Shown here piece by piece: positions 50,288 to 61,400 of a stretch of 64,000 nucleotides of DNA; positions within the stretch are counted from its first letter, which is position 1, and each line of letters begins with the position of its first letter. Made by a program: the position numbers and the translations under genes. The DNA lies in the NCBI GenBank assembly GCA_965203515.1, contig OZ241907.1, positions 2,688,001 to 2,752,000 of the forward strand. The letters are read 5' to 3'. This DNA comes from Spirochaetia bacterium. GTDB lineage: Bacteria; Spirochaetota; Spirochaetia; SZUA-6; Bin103. The notes under the pieces are model-generated. The model ran no database searches. It was not told where the DNA came from and was given only the letters and a program-made list of their open reading frames with translations.

Positions 50288-53200
50288 TCAGCGGTCCAGC
50301 AGGTCGGGGAGGGCGGCGTTCGGGGGCAGGGCGGACGCCGGCGGCAGGTAGTCGGGCGGGCGGAACAGCGGGTTGCCGGGGGACCACAGCTCGACGCTTT
50401 CCGCGTTCTCCGCGTAGTAGGCGGGGTCGGTGGTGACCCGCACCCGCGCGCCCATGCCGGGCGCGAGCAGGCCGAACTCGCGCGGCCCCAGCGGTTGCGC
50501 GTCGCTGCCCGGCGGCAGCAGGCCGGGGTCGGCGATCACCCGATCCAGGTCGTCCAGCGTGAGCGCCGGCGCCTCCCGCGGCGGCAGGGTGAGCTCCTCG
50601 CCCAGCGCGGCGTCCAGGTCGAAGCCGCCGGCCTCGGCCGCCGCGGCGTCCCGTTCCAGCGCCTCCACCGCGGCGGCGCCGCGCTCCGCCGGCCCGGCGC
50701 CCGGTCCGCCGCTCGGTCCGCCGGCCAGTACCGCGCCGGAGATCGCCTGCGGCACCTGCGCCAGGATCGGCTGCAGCCGGCCCACCACGTTCTCGAACAG
50801 GCCGATGCGGCTGCTCAGCGCGCGGTAGACGTCGGTCTCCACGGTGCCCTCGTAGTGCAGGTTGACGATGCGGATGACCGGATGCGCCTGCCCCAGGCGG
50901 TCGATGCGGCCGATGCGCTGCTCCACCCGCATCGGGTTCCACGGCATGTCGTAGTTGATCAGCGCGCCGCAGAACTGGAAGTTGAGCCCCTCGGCGGCGG
51001 CGTCGGTGCAGAGCAGCAGGTCCGCCTCTCCGTCCCGGAAGCGGCGCCGGGCGTCGTCGCGGCCGATGGCGCGCCACGTACCGTCGGCGGCCGGCGCCTC
51101 GCCGCCACGCCCGGAGAAGCAGAGCAGCCGCAGGCCGCCGTCCCGGCTCAGCTCGTCGCGCAGGAACTCCATGGTCGCGGTGTACTGGGTGAACACCATC
51201 GCCTGCCGGTAGCCGGCGCGGCGCATGCCGGCGACCACCCGGCGCAGGTGCCCCAGCTTGCCGTCCGGCGGCAGGCGCGCGATGGCGGCCAGCAGGAGCT
51301 CGATCTCCCCGCGCTGCGCGGCGGCCAGCGCGCTCCGCTCGCGGTCGCCCACCTCGTCGGCGTCCAGCGCCTCCTCGCTCGCCGCGTCGTCGGGCGCGTC
51401 CTCCTCCAGCTCCGCGGCGCCGGCCGGACGCGGCCCGTCGCCGGCGCCCAGTGCGGCGCGGTGGCGCTCCAGGGTGGCGCGCAACGCCCGGAAGCTGCTC
51501 GCCAGGCGGCGGCGGTAGATGGTCATCACGAACCCCACCGCGGACCGTTCCGCGGCGCCCGCCCGCGCGTAGCTGGTGGCGATGTAGCGCTCCACCGCCT
51601 CGTAGAGATCGCGCTCGGCGGCGCTCAGGTCGATGAACCGGTCCTCCACCCGGCGCTCGGCGATCGGGGTGGAGAGCAGGCCGTCCCGGAAGTAGCGGCG
51701 CAGCAGCTCGCGGGTGTGGCGCGAGATGAGATGGCGCAGCGGCGTGCGCGCCCGCAGCACGGCCAGCGCCGCGCGGCGCTCCGGGGTCTCCAGTTGGCGG
51801 CGCGGGATGCTGGCCGCGTCGCGCAGCGCGCGCAGCACCTGATTGGCCTTCAGCGGCGACAGCCCGGTCAGCCGCCGCACCTCCTCGGCGGAGGCCCTGC
51901 CATAGGCGCGTTCGGCCGCCTGGAACAGCCGCGCCATGCGGTCCATCGCCGCGGCCGACGGATTCGGCTCGGCCACGTCCCTGAAGAACTGCAGAAACGC
52001 CTCCTGCGTCCACTCCGGCGGCAGGCCCAGCAGGCTCAGCAGATCCCACACCTCGACCGGATGGACCTGCATCGGCGTGGCGGTGAGCAGCACCAGGCCG
52101 CCGGTCCGCTCGCGGAGCGGGCGCAGCAGCCGCAGCAGGGCGTTCGGTCCGCCCTCGCGCGCCGACCCCGCCGCCCGCCGCCGCGCGTGGTGGGCTTCGT
52201 CGACCACCACCAGGTCCCACGGCTCCGCCTGCAGCAGCGCCGCCGCGCGCCCGCGCCGCCGCAGGAGCTGGCTGGAGGCGATCACCGCCGGCTCGGCATG
52301 CCAGCGGTCCGGCTCCACCGCCCGCTCCGCATGCCCGCGCACCGCCGGCGAGGGATAGCGCAGCAGCCGGCGCCCGTCGTAGATCGGCCAGTTGAGGTTG
52401 AACTTCTCGCGCAGCTCCAACTGCCACTGCGGCAGCACCGCGCGCGGCGCCAGGATCAGGATGCGCCGCGCGCGCCCGGCGAGCCACGCCTGGCGCAGCA
52501 GCAGGCCGGCCTGGATCGTCTTGCCCAGCCCCACCTCGTCGGCGATCAACAGCTTCGGCGGCCACTGCCGGTAGAGGCGCTCGAAGGCGCGCACCTGATG
52601 CGGCCACGGCGTCACCGCGGCGGTGGCCTCCCCCACCCGTTCGCCGCCGGCGGCGCGCCGCGGCGCCTCCCGGATGAAGGCCCACACCAGGCCGCGCCGG
52701 TCGTGCGCCGGCGGCCCGGGCGCGGGCGGCGGCTGCGGGACCGACGCCTGCCCTGCCGGGTGCGCGGGCGCGGCGCCGTCCGCACGCAGCCGCGCCGGCA
52801 GGCGGTCGTCGGGCGGCAGGAACCGCAGCAGGTCGCGGCGCGCCGCCTCCGGCACGTCGAGCACGATGGCGCGGCGCGCGCGGTTGGCCCACAGGCGCGC
52901 GAAGTTGTCTTCCTCGCAGGCGACCCGCTTCGGTTCCGGGCCCCAGCTCGTGGCGACGTTGATGCTCTCCCAGTTGCGCTGCCAGCCGGCCGCGGTCTCG
53001 TTGAGGCTGCCGGTCCAGGCGATGCGGTCGCCGCCGCGGTCCTCGATCACGCCGGTCTTCTCGTGGAACAGGGCGCCGTCGGCGATCGGCCGCCGCTCGG
53101 CGTCGCACGGCACCGCCGCCTTCACCTCCAGGTGCCCGCGCGCCACCATCCAGGCCAGCAGTTCCAGCGCGCCCGCCGCGGCCGCGTCGGGCGGCGCCAG

Positions 53201-53488
53201 CGGCAGTCGGAGCAGGCGCTGCTCGACCCGTTCGCGGAGCGCCTCACCTCGGTCGAGCGCATCGATTTCGTCGGGACCAAGGGTGCACCCGACCACCAGC
53301 CGCATGCGGCCCCGGTTGCGCACCAGCCCTTCCACGCCGCGCGCGGCGAGCGCCAGGGCGCCGGCGTCGAAGTAGCCGGTCAGGCGGTCGTAGCGCTCCG
53401 CCTCCTGCAGCGCCGGCACGTAGAACAACCGCACCAGGTCGCCGTCATCGGGCGTGTACTTGAGTTGCCAGGGGTGATCGGCGAGCAC
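50288..53488 (-). CDS. PLD nuclease-SNF2 helicase fusion
   Basis: FHEKTG..GSLNET (HKD-type), ADEVGLGKT, DEAHH, LTATP, QRIGRIDR. Confidence 0.92.
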   Translation of the reverse strand: MLADHPWQLKYTPDDGDLVRLFYVPALQEAERYDRLTGYFDAGALALAARGVEGLVRNRGRMRLVVGCTLGPDEIDALDRGEALRERVEQRLLRLPLAPPDAAAAGALELLAWMVARGHLEVKAAVPCDAERRPIADGALFHEKTGVIEDRGGDRIAWTGSLNETAAGWQRNWESINVATSWGPEPKRVACEEDNFARLWANRARRAIVLDVPEAARRDLLRFLPPDDRLPARLRADGAAPAHPAGQASVPQPPPAPGPPAHDRRGLVWAFIREAPRRAAGGERVGEATAAVTPWPHQVRAFERLYRQWPPKLLIADEVGLGKTIQAGLLLRQAWLAGRARRILILAPRAVLPQWQLELREKFNLNWPIYDGRRLLRYPSPAVRGHAERAVEPDRWHAEPAVIASSQLLRRRGRAAALLQAEPWDLVVVDEAHHARRRAAGSAREGGPNALLRLLRPLRERTGGLVLLTATPMQVHPVEVWDLLSLLGLPPEWTQEAFLQFFRDVAEPNPSAAAMDRMARLFQAAERAYGRASAEEVRRLTGLSPLKANQVLRALRDAASIPRRQLETPERRAALAVLRARTPLRHLISRHTRELLRRYFRDGLLSTPIAERRVEDRFIDLSAAERDLYEAVERYIATSYARAGAAERSAVGFVMTIYRRRLASSFRALRATLERHRAALGAGDGPRPAGAAELEEDAPDDAASEEALDADEVGDRERSALAAAQRGEIELLLAAIARLPPDGKLGHLRRVVAGMRRAGYRQAMVFTQYTATMEFLRDELSRDGGLRLLCFSGRGGEAPAADGTWRAIGRDDARRRFRDGEADLLLCTDAAAEGLNFQFCGALINYDMPWNPMRVEQRIGRIDRLGQAHPVIRIVNLHYEGTVETDVYRALSSRIGLFENVVGRLQPILAQVPQAISGAVLAGGPSGGPGAGPAERGAAAVEALERDAAAAEAGGFDLDAALGEELTLPPREAPALTLDDLDRVIADPGLLPPGSDAQPLGPREFGLLAPGMGARVRVTTDPAYYAENAESVELWSPGNPLFRPPDYLPPASALPPNAALPDLLDR

Positions 53489-53490
53489 GG

Positions 53491-56451
53491 TCAGGCAGCT
53501 TCATCCTGCCACAGCCGGAGCTGCTTCGGTTCGTCGATGCGGTCGCCGTACGCCAGGCGCGCCAGATGGTAGAGCGCCTCGAAGTCGCTGCCGGCGGCCG
53601 CGGCCTCGCCCGGCAGGTCGATGCCGGTCCACTTCTTGCTGACCGGCAGCACTTCCAGCACCGCTTCCAGCGCGGTCAGGAACGCCCCCTCCCGCGCGCC
53701 CAGCTTCTCGTCGAGCAGCTTGCGGGCGTCGTCGAGCGAGCGGGTGCGCGCCAGGTTGGCGGCGTGGTGCACGGCGTCGATCATGCCGCGCGCCCCGTCG
53801 GGCGGCCCCAGCGCTCCGCCGGCCGCGCGCCGCGTCGAGTCCCACAGCCGCAGGTCGCTGCCGCGCTTCTCCGCCAGCCGGCCCACCACCTCCCGCTCCA
53901 GATCGACACCCACCGCGCGCGCCAGCCGCAGCGCCTCGTCGTAGGCGAACACCGGCGCCTCAAAGGCGTCCCACGCCAGCACGAAGAAGGCGGTGGCAGG
54001 GTCCAGGTCCTCCCGCCGCCGCGTCAGTTGCTCCTGCCGCCAGCGCTTCACCTCCCGCCGGGCGGTGTCCAGCACGTCTTCCGGGCTCACCGCGTAGGGG
54101 TCCCGCTCCGCCTCCAACTCCGGCTGCCGCCGGCCCCGCCGCCGCTCCTGCGGCGCCGGGCGCGGCGTGCCGCGCGCCAGCGGCCAGTGGCGCGAGAATT
54201 CTTCCAGGGCAGGGCCGAAGCAGGCCAGATAGAGATCGACGCCGCGGATGCCGGCCGCCTGGTACTCCGCCACCCGGGCGCGTACCGCGCCCGCTACCCG
54301 CGGTTCGATGTCTTCCCAGTAATACGGCGTCTCGTCCGCTTCGCGCGCGGCGGTGCGCGGGCGGCAGGCCAGGAAGATGGTGCTGTTGGCGGCCGCCTTG
54401 TTGCGCACGTGCAGGCTGCCCTCCGCCTCGGTGTTGATCGGCCATGACGCGGTGATGGCGAAGCCGGCCTGCATCAGCCCGGTGGTCAGCGCGTCCCAGG
54501 CGCCGGCCGCCTTGTGGGTGAACATCAGCGTCATCACCCCGTCGGCCTTCAGCACGCGGCGCATCTCGGCGAAGATGCTCGCCATCCGCTCCTGGTAGTC
54601 GCGCCCGGCGAGCGCCTGCGCGCCCGGCTGGCCGCGGAACCGGGCCGGGTTGGCGACCGCCTCGTTCTCCTTGTCGGTGAGGCGGCGGCGGAACAGGGCG
54701 GGAAAGACGTGGCCGGCGGTGCGCTTGAGCCAGACGTAGAAGAAGTCGGACAGCTCAGCGTACATCACGTTGTCGTAGTAGGGCGGGTCCATGACCACCG
54801 CATCGACACTGCCGGCGGGGATATGGTCGAGGTCGTCGCCCGGCTTGCAGGTGATGGTGACGGCGGGCCGCGCGTCGGACTCGGGGAACAGATCGCCGGC
54901 GCCGCCGGCGCCCGGGCGCAGCAGCGCGACCAGTTCCTGGATGCACTTGGCGGTCTGGCCGATGGCCCAGTCGTAGCCCAGGCCGGTGATCAGCGGCGCC
55001 ATCTCGGCGTAGGACCACTTGAAGGAGAAGTCATGCCGGTCGAAGGTATTGACCATTACTTCGCGCCCTACGTGCCAGCGAGTCATGCGGGAGTTGTAGT
55101 CACGAGTCTTGTCCAGCGAGAGGGCCAAGTAGCCGTAGGCGGCTTGGCGCAGCGGGGTGAGCGTGCCGGCTGCACGGTCGGCTTCGAGCAACTCGCGGAA
55201 CACCTCGACGCCGGTGCCATGGCACAGCAGTTGGCGCGGCGAGAACAGGTCCCGCCAGCGCGGCATCCCGTACTGGATCGGGCGATCGTCGTTGCTCTCC
55301 TCCGGGAACCGCTCGTTCGGCACCAGGTCGAACGCCTCCCACTCCGGCAGCTTCTCCGCCAGCCGCGCCTGAATCTCGGCGGCGTTGTCGTCTTCCGGGC
55401 GCGGCGCGCGGTAGCGGCGCACCCACTTCTCGCGCCGGCGGCCGGTTTTGGTCCAGGTGTTCACCCGTTCCTTGTAGACCACCGCGAACAGTTGCTCGCC
55501 CATCGCGCCGGCCTGCGCCTGCGCCTTGATCTCGTCGCCGGCGATCACCCGCCCGCAATCCGGCCACGGGCAGCTGCCCGCCCCGCGCGCCACCGTTCCC
55601 GCCGCCTGCTCCCGCGCCGAATGCACCACCTCGAACCGACACACCCGCCCCGGCGCTCCCGGCGTACCTGGATCACTTGGATCACCGCCGGCCAGCGGTT
55701 CCAGCCGCACCCCCGTCCCGTCCGGCGTCAACCGCCAGTTCGGCGCCAGCGGCACCCGCCCCCCGCAATACGGGCAACTCACCGTCCGCGCCCACAGATA
55801 GCCGTCGGGTCGGGTATCCTCGCCCGGCTCCTCGGGAAACACGCCGGCGAGCCGTTCCCGGACGATCCGGGTCAGCTCCGCGCCCAACGCTTCGACGGCT
55901 TCCTTGACCGCAAGCCCATGCTGCGCCGGCCATGCCGCGGTCGCTTCCTCGATCAACGCCGCGACCGGATTCAGGTCGTTGGCCAGGGTCGCAAGTCCCA
56001 GCCGCGCCGCCTCGAACGGCAGGCTGCCGCCCCCGGCGGTCGGATCGAGCACCGTGGCGCGGTCCAGCTCGTGGCCCGCCAGCCACGTCCATTCCGCATC
56101 GTCCGGCGTATATCCGAACGCCCGCGGATACCCGTAAGCCGCGGCGCCGAGCCGTTCCCCGCTGCGGTTGGCGCGCGCGATCCGCGCCTTCGCCGCCACC
56201 GGGTCGCCGTGGATGCCGAGCACGCGCAGGAACCGCTTCCGGTCGGCGTCCGCCGGCAGCAGCGACGCCAGCACCGCCGCACGCGACGCCACCAACGGCC
56301 GCCGCGCCCACCACACGTGCAACCGGTTCGGCGCCGGGAACGGCGTCATCGGCGTCCGCTCGCGGATACTCTCGATCCCAAGCGCCGCGATCGGCAGCCA
56401 CCGCTCGATCAGCCGCGTGTCAGCATCGCGTTTGCTGGCGGCGCCACTCAT
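53491..56451 (-). CDS. DUF1156 adenine DNA methyltransferase
   Basis: [24 protein letters not shown] Zn ribbon, DPPYY. Confidence 0.92.
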   Translation of the reverse strand: MSGAASKRDADTRLIERWLPIAALGIESIRERTPMTPFPAPNRLHVWWARRPLVASRAAVLASLLPADADRKRFLRVLGIHGDPVAAKARIARANRSGERLGAAAYGYPRAFGYTPDDAEWTWLAGHELDRATVLDPTAGGGSLPFEAARLGLATLANDLNPVAALIEEATAAWPAQHGLAVKEAVEALGAELTRIVRERLAGVFPEEPGEDTRPDGYLWARTVSCPYCGGRVPLAPNWRLTPDGTGVRLEPLAGGDPSDPGTPGAPGRVCRFEVVHSAREQAAGTVARGAGSCPWPDCGRVIAGDEIKAQAQAGAMGEQLFAVVYKERVNTWTKTGRRREKWVRRYRAPRPEDDNAAEIQARLAEKLPEWEAFDLVPNERFPEESNDDRPIQYGMPRWRDLFSPRQLLCHGTGVEVFRELLEADRAAGTLTPLRQAAYGYLALSLDKTRDYNSRMTRWHVGREVMVNTFDRHDFSFKWSYAEMAPLITGLGYDWAIGQTAKCIQELVALLRPGAGGAGDLFPESDARPAVTITCKPGDDLDHIPAGSVDAVVMDPPYYDNVMYAELSDFFYVWLKRTAGHVFPALFRRRLTDKENEAVANPARFRGQPGAQALAGRDYQERMASIFAEMRRVLKADGVMTLMFTHKAAGAWDALTTGLMQAGFAITASWPINTEAEGSLHVRNKAAANSTIFLACRPRTAAREADETPYYWEDIEPRVAGAVRARVAEYQAAGIRGVDLYLACFGPALEEFSRHWPLARGTPRPAPQERRRGRRQPELEAERDPYAVSPEDVLDTARREVKRWRQEQLTRRREDLDPATAFFVLAWDAFEAPVFAYDEALRLARAVGVDLEREVVGRLAEKRGSDLRLWDSTRRAAGGALGPPDGARGMIDAVHHAANLARTRSLDDARKLLDEKLGAREGAFLTALEAVLEVLPVSKKWTGIDLPGEAAAAGSDFEALYHLARLAYGDRIDEPKQLRLWQDEAA

Positions 56452-56508
56452 GCCCGCCACCAATCCATGCTGTCCATGCTGCTCAAATATCACCAATCGA
56501 TTCCGAAT

Positions 56509-58440
56509 TCAGGCAAGTCTTCCGTTGTATGCCGCCAACGCGGCGTCAGCCTGCCCACAGAATCCCCATAATTCGGGAACTATATCGCAGATCTCTCTCA
56601 ACCAGCCTTGAAGCTGATGTCCCTCGTCATCCGCTAACTCACCAAACGCCAGACCTGTCAGCGCACTCCCCACATAATCCATCCACTCCCTCAAATCACT
56701 ACGACTCGCCGCGGCCGCAAGAACAATCTTCACCGCATCGCCGACCGGCAGTCGGCATCGAGCATCGCGTCGATATTTACCGACCAATACCGCTATCCGG
56801 TCTCCAAGTGCCATATTCCTCGTTACAGCGGACACCGTAGCCAGGCCAAGCATTGCTGACACCAAAGACTCTATATCCTGGGAGCCTGAAAACCGGAACC
56901 CGTCTTTTTCCACACGGCTCCCAAGCGCCTCCGCTTGATCCGTAACGTCTACAATGCGCACAAGATAGCCCAAACCTACGCACGCAGCCGGATCAAGCGG
57001 GTCAACAGCAAGCCGTTCATCGACCAGTTCGGTGATCTCAGATGGAACCCTACCTTCGACGGCGCCCGCACCCTCAAGCGGACCAGGTTGAAGTAGAGGC
57101 TTCCAATTCAACCCTCGGCAAGACCCGTCGGCTTCATTCACCGCCACCAGAGACCGCAAGTGATGATCCCTAATGTCGCCAATAATGGGCTGCGCTCCCG
57201 CGACTACACGACTCATGAATTCCGACCGGAGATATATGGGATACGCAAGGTCGAAGCTCCATCGTGGTTCCGTACGTGTGTCGATCAGCGTTTGAACCAT
57301 AAATCGGCCCCCGTAACTTCGCACTATCCGATTGCCGACCTCCGCCATCTTCTCGTCAGAGTCACCGAATATGCGATACAAAAGCGCCGCGTGCGCCATG
57401 GAAGCTAATCTACGATAGAATGCCGGCCGGTCGGAAAACAGACGTACCCTAGAAATCTCACCGTCGACGAGTTGAAACAGTGACGACATGAACCGTACTC
57501 CACTCTTCGGTCCATGGCCATCATCATCCCGCATGCGCTCAATGAGACGAACGAGAACCGGCTCCAAGTCCGGCATGGTTCCTATTAGCCGAAACCCGAC
57601 CTCGATCGCCCCAATCCGCGACAGCACGTCACCCTCTTTTTCCAAAAAACGAAACGATCGCATAAGATCGTCAAAGCCAATTCTCTTGACATCTATCTGG
57701 TTGACCAACGATGAGTGCGCCGACAAAAGAAGACCGTACAGGAGTCCGTTACAAGGCTCCCATTCCTGTAGTGACCGAATGTGGCGTCCCCCGGCGCCCC
57801 GAGCGTAATCCTGTATGCTATCGCTTCCGTCATACACCCCCACCAGTCTCTCGAAATATCGCCGTGTTCGAGGCACCAGGGTGTCAACTTGGACACCTCC
57901 ATCCCGAGATATCATGCCATGAATGACCTGCGTTCTTCGAACGGGCGTATCCGCGAGATCATCCATCAACTCATCCACCTCGTGATCTTCAAGTGCTCGA
58001 TCTGATATTACGATCCGCCATGACGATATCGGATCATGTGACAGATTCAAGGTACGTATCAAGCCGTCAAAGCAACCCAACCGTGTACGTTCATCCGGCG
58101 ACAGTACGACGTAATCGGTCAAATCGACACGGCTGCGGCCGAAAGAAAGTATGATTCTGGGAGCATCCGGAGAGTCGTCCACTTGCTCGACTCTACACTT
58201 TCGATTCTGTCGATCGATAATTTCTACCGCCGACGAACCCGATAGGACACTACGGATCGCACCATACAAATCCGATCTCTGGACAAAGAGATCGCGGCCA
58301 AACTCCAAAACAGAATTGAACCTGATGTCGTATTCGTCCCGAAAATTTGCACTCCTCAATAGCTCATCGCGCACCAACGGCGCTATATTATCTAAGGTCA
58401 AATGTACGACTGAGTTCCTCCAGTAGCGACTACCGCTCAC
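56509..58440 (-). CDS. Hypothetical protein (643 aa), partner of HNH/TPR protein
   Basis: Long ORF in lower-GC segment; GTGA overlap with upstream gene. Confidence 0.75.
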   Translation of the reverse strand: MSGSRYWRNSVVHLTLDNIAPLVRDELLRSANFRDEYDIRFNSVLEFGRDLFVQRSDLYGAIRSVLSGSSAVEIIDRQNRKCRVEQVDDSPDAPRIILSFGRSRVDLTDYVVLSPDERTRLGCFDGLIRTLNLSHDPISSWRIVISDRALEDHEVDELMDDLADTPVRRTQVIHGMISRDGGVQVDTLVPRTRRYFERLVGVYDGSDSIQDYARGAGGRHIRSLQEWEPCNGLLYGLLLSAHSSLVNQIDVKRIGFDDLMRSFRFLEKEGDVLSRIGAIEVGFRLIGTMPDLEPVLVRLIERMRDDDGHGPKSGVRFMSSLFQLVDGEISRVRLFSDRPAFYRRLASMAHAALLYRIFGDSDEKMAEVGNRIVRSYGGRFMVQTLIDTRTEPRWSFDLAYPIYLRSEFMSRVVAGAQPIIGDIRDHHLRSLVAVNEADGSCRGLNWKPLLQPGPLEGAGAVEGRVPSEITELVDERLAVDPLDPAACVGLGYLVRIVDVTDQAEALGSRVEKDGFRFSGSQDIESLVSAMLGLATVSAVTRNMALGDRIAVLVGKYRRDARCRLPVGDAVKIVLAAAASRSDLREWMDYVGSALTGLAFGELADDEGHQLQGWLREICDIVPELWGFCGQADAALAAYNGRLA

Positions 58441-61400
58441 CTTTTTGGGAACTCCTTAAGGTCTGCATTACCGGTTTTCGAAATCATCTTTCGACAATAT
58501 CCGACCATCTGTAAAAATATTTGACGATCATGGTCTCTGATAGGATTCAGTATATGCTTCTCCAACCAACGATGAAACTCGTCCTGTCTCTCCACAGGAA
58601 TCGTCATCGGAGAAAACACCAAATCGGCGACTGTCATCATGTACATTTCCGCGATAACGCCACCATCCTTTACTTTGTCGAAAGTGTGTATCCATCCACG
58701 AATATCGACCTGGCTCATGATCCAATCCGACCAAGCTCGGACATTGGAAAGTTCATCGCTACCACTCCAGAGATCCTTCAAGGTATCCTTGAGTACCTTG
58801 AAGAACGAGTTGATCCAAAGGAATCCGTCGTGATTATGAATCCAATGTCCCATTCTAAGAGCTAGAATGTTCTCTCGAATGGCCCTCAATTCAGCCGTCT
58901 CCAAGACCACACCACCCTTTACTGTGGACATCGCAATGTGCTGCTTTAGTTCGTCGCGTTCGAGAGAGATCGAGACGTATCCATATCTACGGAGAGAAGC
59001 ACGGTAATCCAACCGATCGTCCTCCGACATAGCGCCCTGACCAACCAGTATGTCGATTACATCAAGCGTAGTAAGAACTTCGGTATTGGCTACATTCTGG
59101 TGTCTATTCATGAACCTGTCATCGATCACCATCGCATTACAGACATCTGCTAATCCAACGACACCTATCGTAGAGTGTCTCACGATCGACTCGTCCGTCA
59201 TATCGCGGTTGATGACCCTCTTTCCAACCGAAACCTTGCCTGCGATTAGTCCTCTGTGAAGCGCATCTCTGACCCGTTCAATTGCACGGTCCACGTTCTC
59301 CAAAACCTCCTGATGCGAAATCAAGCGATTGGCGTCCGATACGCTTTTTGGGGAAACCAATACTCGATAACCAGCACTGTGAATTCTATCCAAGAGACGG
59401 ATATGCAGGAAGTAGGTAATCGACAGATCATCCAAATACAATATCGCTCTATCCGCTATCCCAGGCTCATCTGGCCACGATCGTTCATGAAGACAGAGAT
59501 ATTCGCGTGCCGATTTCTCCTCATTCGCCGTGATTACTCCTTTCGTTCGGAGCGTCTTCACGACCGCTCCGCAAGACACCAATACCTCAGAGTGCTCAAC
59601 TAAATCTACCTCTTCTTCCATTAATGATGACGTTCGATACACGGGAGCCGACCGGACGACAAGATGCTGGCGCTCGTCACCCTCCATTGGTCCCTTTGCC
59701 TCTGCTATCATCTGAGCCAGCTCTTCACCAACATGCTCGCACAGATCGCTACTCTGAACCACACTTGCCGACATGATTTCTAACGCTTTGGTCGCCAACA
59801 ACCGCTGCAATATCCGCGCCTCTTCTACTAGTCTCCGTTGATGGAACATGGACATCTGCTTTTCGTGTAGCAGCCAAGGCAACGTGTTGTGCGCGATATA
59901 GACCATGGAGAATGAATCGATAAATTTATCTAACATGTTCAACAGGCTCATTGTGAATAGCGCGGTCCCATCCACCGCGATTGTCGAGGTCCCATCGATT
60001 CCAGTCGTGGTCGATCGCTGTCGATTCTCACTATAGGCCGGGATTATCGATCTCCGTCTAGGGTCACGTTCCTCATAGTTACCATACGCATGCCCGAGGA
60101 CGAATCCGCAGAGAGATGTGTTCATGAGCTGTGCCGCTACGAACATAGGAATCTCTGCGGACCACAATAGTCGCGATATTTCTGTAACCCGACTACCCCA
60201 AGACTTGCTTAGATCCTTGACCTCCCTTAGGGAAATCTTCCAAACCGGCCCATCGGTATCTGACCAGGACACGGCATCCCGCAACCACTTCCCTACTTCT
60301 TCATGATTATCCCAGCCATGTGTCGACGCCAGAATAAATCCTCTCATCAGAATCGCCGGATCGCTCCTGCCTTTCTCTACGGCTGCAAACATGATATCCT
60401 TACCGTACGGAAGTGATAGACCGCATGCTATCTCGGCAAACCTCATCAGCTCTTCCGCACTCCGCTCGTCTCGTCTGCCGTATTCATCAGTCACGATTGC
60501 GGTAACAGTTTTCCAATCACCGAGGGCGACCCCGATTTCTATCTGAAGTGTACGATAGGATTTCTCTTGAATCGAGTCTCCCGACTCATCACGCAGCTTC
60601 TTCAGATCTTGGAGAGACTCAACAAATCGGCCCTCATTGTATAGCGCCACGCAGCGCAGAAATTTTAGTCGCGACGACTTCTCGACCAGTTCAAAATTAT
60701 CCGTCAGAAATGTAGACAAGTGGTCGTCACTTGCCGTCATGTGGAAACCATGCGCCAGCCGTTCCGCGTGATCGATCGATTTTGTCCTATCGAAAAGTAT
60801 TTTTCCATAGCGACATACATCAGACCACCGCTTGGCCGACTCGAGACCGTCTACAAGTTTTATTAAGTCTACAAGATCATCCGTCTGTTCGAACTGATGT
60901 CTTCGTATATCGACTGGATCTGCTCCCTGCGATTCTTCTATACACGCCTGAAGTCGATCTATATCAGCATCCAATGTCCCATCGATCGACAACTCATTCA
61001 TGCGCTCCCTTGCCTCGTGGGGACGGCCGGCGAGCGCAAGCATCTCGATCTCGATCTTTTGTAGTGCCCGATCGTCGATGACATCGGCAATTTCGCATCG
61101 GTACCTGGAAAGGTGATCCAGTACTGCTTCCGGTGTCGTTTGGGCCGTAACTATCGCAAATCTTGCCACGGCAGTGTCGTAAGTAGATCCTCCTTTAAGG
61201 GCAATCTGCTGTTTGATCTGTCGCTCGACGGCTTGTATGTCCAAATCGATTCCAAACTGAAGGCCGAGCGGCACAAAGCGAAGATACGACGAGTCGTTGC
61301 GCAGTATCTGCTTGAGCCGGCATCGCGCACGTACCTTCAAGTCAGGATGTCTGAGACCAATCCATAACGAGTATTCTTCTGCTTCCGCGGCAGCGTCGGA

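Noticed and set aside
50192..53572. Very long antisense/alternate-frame ORFs (e.g. 50192-53572+, 882-2663-, 22779-24803+, 54514-56571+)
   Set aside because: Shadow ORFs of high-GC genes; Arg/Ala/Pro-rich with no motifs.
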